From Bdellovibrionales bacterium (GTDB lineage: Bacteria > Bdellovibrionota > Bdellovibrionia > Bdellovibrionales > JAUICD01), in NCBI GenBank assembly GCA_965262715.1, contig OZ253553.1, positions 480,001 to 544,000 of the forward strand: a DNA stretch of 64,000 nt, written 5' to 3'. A model generated the notes under the pieces. It was given only the letters and a program-made list of their open reading frames with translations. It searched no databases and was not told the DNA's origin. Of the stretch, positions 61,801-64,000 are shown piece after piece (positions within the stretch are counted from its first letter, which is position 1; each line of letters begins with the position of its first letter). The translations under genes were made by a program, and so were the position numbers.

Positions 61801-62200
61801 CATACAATCTATTTTTATCGATGCCTAAATACTTTTGGTCAGTTAAAAACTCCCATGCAAATTCAATAGCCTCTTTTTTAAAATAATCTCCAAAGGAAAA
61901 ATTGCCTAGCATTTCAAAAAAGGTATGGTGTCTGGGAGTATGACCAACTTGTTCTAAGTCATTAGCTCGAAAACATTTTTGTGCAGACACAGCTCTATTG
62001 TAAGGGAGCTTTTTAAGGCCTAAAAATACGTCTTTAAATTGATTCATACCTGCATTTGTAAAAAATAGATCTTTACCTTCTGGAGTTAAGGGGGAGCTTT
62101 TACAGTGTTTATGACCTCTACTTTCGAAGTACTCTATAAATTTATAACATGTTTCATTACAGTTAAGGGGTTTCATAAAGGGGTCCTTATTGGGGAGCAT
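58877..62200 (-). CDS. alaS: Alanine-tRNA ligase with large insertions
   Basis: FTNAGM, HHTFFEMLGNFSFGDYFK, GPCGPCSE, DTGAGLER, ADHAR, TPFYAESGGQ, HTATHLLH, ELCGGTH, GGGRPDFAQG; start 62200 or 62176 more likely than 62251. Confidence 0.95.
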   Translation of the reverse strand: MLPNKDPFMKPLNCNETCYKFIEYFESRGHKHCKSSPLTPEGKDLFFTNAGMNQFKDVFLGLKKLPYNRAVSAQKCFRANDLEQVGHTPRHHTFFEMLGNFSFGDYFKKEAIEFAWEFLTDQKYLGIDKNRLYVTVFNEDEDSFNIWKKIWENDKNDIKRSLYDFIKKDSDNFWKMANTGPCGPCSEVFYHYGQQDVEIWNLVFMQFDQQADGSRLPLPHPCVDTGAGLERLTAVTQRVNSNFEADLFIDTFYKVLNCKLESDVWKTFKSQHYQLNKQEQVEEEIAKKIIKEFLEDLYKRSSEIKEIIKEEEEKINNEEDAHKWRAPSASYLFQKSLHFNMIYYILKRAENGSLRTAFLDFVCEEFQKERGLLSPKKIKIDEERKIKDRIALCQIADHARGIAFLLLDGILPSNEGRGYVLRKLFKKVRHCLQQIGIGSFNFLQLKRVLLVDVLFVYDCYYLYDIIMTQNPDPFIYHYQFQKQEEFYRQKSLQYQEDSPVQKNVAKLMSLLIREIQQEILYQEGEEINLIIRREQERTNKKSQILSRIYQIAEEIEVAFQKKLEDSEEIFNKEFDDLDQKMKSKTLTPEALGEFAFKLFETHGFSKDNTKDLIKRKMKKISFNQEFDQVFEKAFETHLRKAQELSRAKPKYLQEDEKHLRGFVSDIIEQSTNRSIGKLLNHVGKFVGYKTLSTDAQVIGLSDGQKQITELKPGQKGFVIFDQTPFYAESGGQIGDQGEIKDPSNKLIAQVTDCQKYKEVHYHAIDVKTHLNVNDKVFLQINKERREEITKHHTATHLLHTILRDTLKEKVKIINTAGEKEEREMKPKQKGSLVTDHYLRFDFTHPKPLTNQQKKQIQRQVNDQIIKTLPVTTDIMSFKDAEKKGALAFFNEKYPEGNVHVVKIGEDTSMELCGGTHVKNTSELQAFLITSEESISANVRRITALSGRKAIEVLSQSHRELAEAKNEAQINNNLSTWINEKKKEVKDLHKQIQKLTVSRIEMDIDINKIIKESKDIDNEVKEVKKTIRTNDRECLRQIADKIRNKMKSGIVILSGEDPDKPPLMVAITKNLTDKYNAVDILRKYGKGGGRPDFAQGYQTAPLKLPLSS

Positions 62201-62295
62201 TTTTCTATAGTTAATTTTAATGAAATTCTTTATTCTTGTCAATCCTATCAATGATTGATTATAGATATAGAAAGGACTTTTGGAAGGAGAAATTC

Positions 62296-62361
62296 ATGAT
62301 AAAATTTTTAGCAACAGGTTGTTATATAGGCCTAATTCCTAAGGCTCCATGTACTTTTGGC
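62296..62361 (+). pseudogene. pgpA: 5' fragment of phosphatidylglycerophosphatase A
   Basis: GGAG RBS then MIKFLATGCYIGLIPKAPCTFG, matching the PgpA N-terminal motif (ATG...G..P.APGT.G); similarity stops abruptly. Confidence 0.6.
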
Positions 62362-62531
62362 TGTTTAACTCTCTCGCTTTTTTCTATCATTAGGAAAATG
62401 CTTTCAATAACATTCTTTAATTATTGGCCTCATTATCATTACTGAGTCTTATAGCAGGGCTTTTTTTAGCTTTTTTATATACCCAGTTGTCGGGGGTCAT
62501 CGAAAATATCTCTTTTGGGTTTGTTTTTAGG

Positions 62532-63998
62532 CTATAAATCGAATGTTTTTAAAAACCTAGATATTTTTCTCTCTTTTTCATCTCCCCAGGGCATTTTTCT
62601 TTTTTTAGGCCAAGTGACATATAAAAATCGCTTTGACCTAGTGAAGGCCACATACAGATTATTTTCTTCTTGCTTAAGATCAATACCCTTTTTTTGTATA
62701 GCTCGATAATCAGGGAATGTTTCATCATCCATACCTATTAGAAAGACGATATCAAACTCCTGCCCTTTCATTGTGTGAACTGTACTTAATGTAATACCTT
62801 TGTGTGGAATTGATTGATGAGTTTGGCCTAATGCCATTGCATTTTTGAACTGTAGTAATGACTTTGTGTCTGTTGTACTGGCGTATTTATTCCAATGTTT
62901 TATCAAATCATCAATGTCATTAAAGATCATATTTCTTTCATTTTCTTCGCTATAATCAGTAAGTGTATTTTTAAAACTTTTCAAAAGATATTTTAGATTA
63001 TTCCCATCATCATCTAAATTTATAACTAACTGGATAAGAGCCTTATGTTGTTTATTATTTATAGTTGATATAATTTCTTCCAGTGATTTTTCTTTTGAGA
63101 TATTTGATTTTAGTTTCTCAAGGAGTTTTCCTTTATGTAATTTATCTTGAGGATTTAATTTAACTTTAAGTGCAAGGTCAAACATATTGATTAGATCAGA
63201 TTCAAATTGAACTGAACCTATTCGCATTTTATAATAAAAAGGTATACCCTTAGATTTTAATTGAGTATTGATTTGATTAAAAAGATATTTATTACGGGCA
63301 AGGATAACTATTTTTTCGTAAGTGATTTGACCTTCAATATCTGGATGTTTTTGTATAGAGACTAGTTCATTGATTTTATCAATAATCCATAAGGCTTCTT
63401 TTTCTTCATCTTCTATGCCTTGCAATTCAAAGATACCTTGTTTCACTGTGTGAGGTATGTCTTTAGCACTAGGAAATATCTTTTTAGTAGCAGATAAAAC
63501 CTCTTGAGATGAACGATAGTTTTCTTCTAGTTCTATGACTTCAGGTTTAAAGTCTTTAATAAAAAACTCGGTCATATATTTTGGTGAAGATCCATTGAAA
63601 TGAAAAATGGATTGGTTAGGATCTCCAACCATCATCACATTGTCGAATTGACCTCCTGTTAGAGCCAGCAAGAATTGATATTGGGCATTATTTAAATCTT
63701 GGGCCTCATCAATACAAATTGCATAAAAACTACGGCGGTACAAGTCCGCCACATTTGGATATTCAATAAATAGTTTGTATGCTAGAATAAGCAGGTCATC
63801 AAAGTCTATACCATTTTGACTGCTTAATATATCTTGATAATTTTTATAAAGAAGTATTTTTTCATCATCTTTAGATTGAGAGTCTTCTTCAAGTTTACCC
63901 ATATTCCTTTTAACTTTGGCTATAAATTTCAATACTTGGTATAAAAATCTTTTTTTCTTTTTCTCATCTTTATTCCTATAAATATTTTCATAAGATGG
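62532..63998 (-). CDS. UvrD/Rep-family SF1 helicase, 5'-partial
   Basis: IDFDDL, IDEAQD, VGDPNQSI, ENYRS, STVHTMKGQEF, YVAFTRSK; frame open to the window edge. Confidence 0.92.
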   Translation of the reverse strand, partial: PSYENIYRNKDEKKKKRFLYQVLKFIAKVKRNMGKLEEDSQSKDDEKILLYKNYQDILSSQNGIDFDDLLILAYKLFIEYPNVADLYRRSFYAICIDEAQDLNNAQYQFLLALTGGQFDNVMMVGDPNQSIFHFNGSSPKYMTEFFIKDFKPEVIELEENYRSSQEVLSATKKIFPSAKDIPHTVKQGIFELQGIEDEEKEALWIIDKINELVSIQKHPDIEGQITYEKIVILARNKYLFNQINTQLKSKGIPFYYKMRIGSVQFESDLINMFDLALKVKLNPQDKLHKGKLLEKLKSNISKEKSLEEIISTINNKQHKALIQLVINLDDDGNNLKYLLKSFKNTLTDYSEENERNMIFNDIDDLIKHWNKYASTTDTKSLLQFKNAMALGQTHQSIPHKGITLSTVHTMKGQEFDIVFLIGMDDETFPDYRAIQKKGIDLKQEENNLYVAFTRSKRFLYVTWPKKRKMPWGDEKERKISRFLKTFDL

Positions 63999-64000
63999 GG

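Noticed and set aside
57564..61886. Short antisense ORFs within the S8 and alaS genes (likewise in fadJ, fadI, ppdK, acnA, cysS)
   Set aside because: Shadow frames opposite well-supported genes

Overview
AT-rich bacterial chromosome segment, probably Bdellovibrionota. This is inferred from an FQNC-type lipoprotein signal, sigma-28-like promoters, giant prepilin-like genes and an S8-PilZ protease; no rRNA marker is present. Housekeeping genes (fadJ/fadI, tolB, acetoacetyl-CoA synthetase, ppdK, glyQS, acnA, plsC, uvrB, cysS, rpsI/rplM, alaS) are interleaved with accessory DNA. Main points: (1) An unusual minimal type I CRISPR-Cas locus on the minus strand, cas6-cas7-cas5-cas3-cas1-cas2-array. 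It has an I-F2 (I-Fv)-like Cas7/Cas5 core with no Cas8/Cas11, but a Cas6e-like Cas6 and a stand-alone Cas2; cas3 is broken by an in-frame stop. (2) A ~150-nt dispersed element with a covarying stem-loop structure and conserved GNRA tetraloops. It fills the whole spacer slot between two CRISPR repeats at the array trailer and again in a separate mini-array on the far side of the cas genes. (3) Two paralogous ~1000-aa prepilin-type Cys-rich genes, each preceded by an inverted pair of 11-6-11 palindromic sites enclosing a backward-facing sigma-28-like promoter (candidate invertible switch). (4) An IS1634-family element with a 779-bp flanking direct repeat, plus an IS256 element and IS remnants. 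All family calls come from motifs recognised by eye; no database searches were run.
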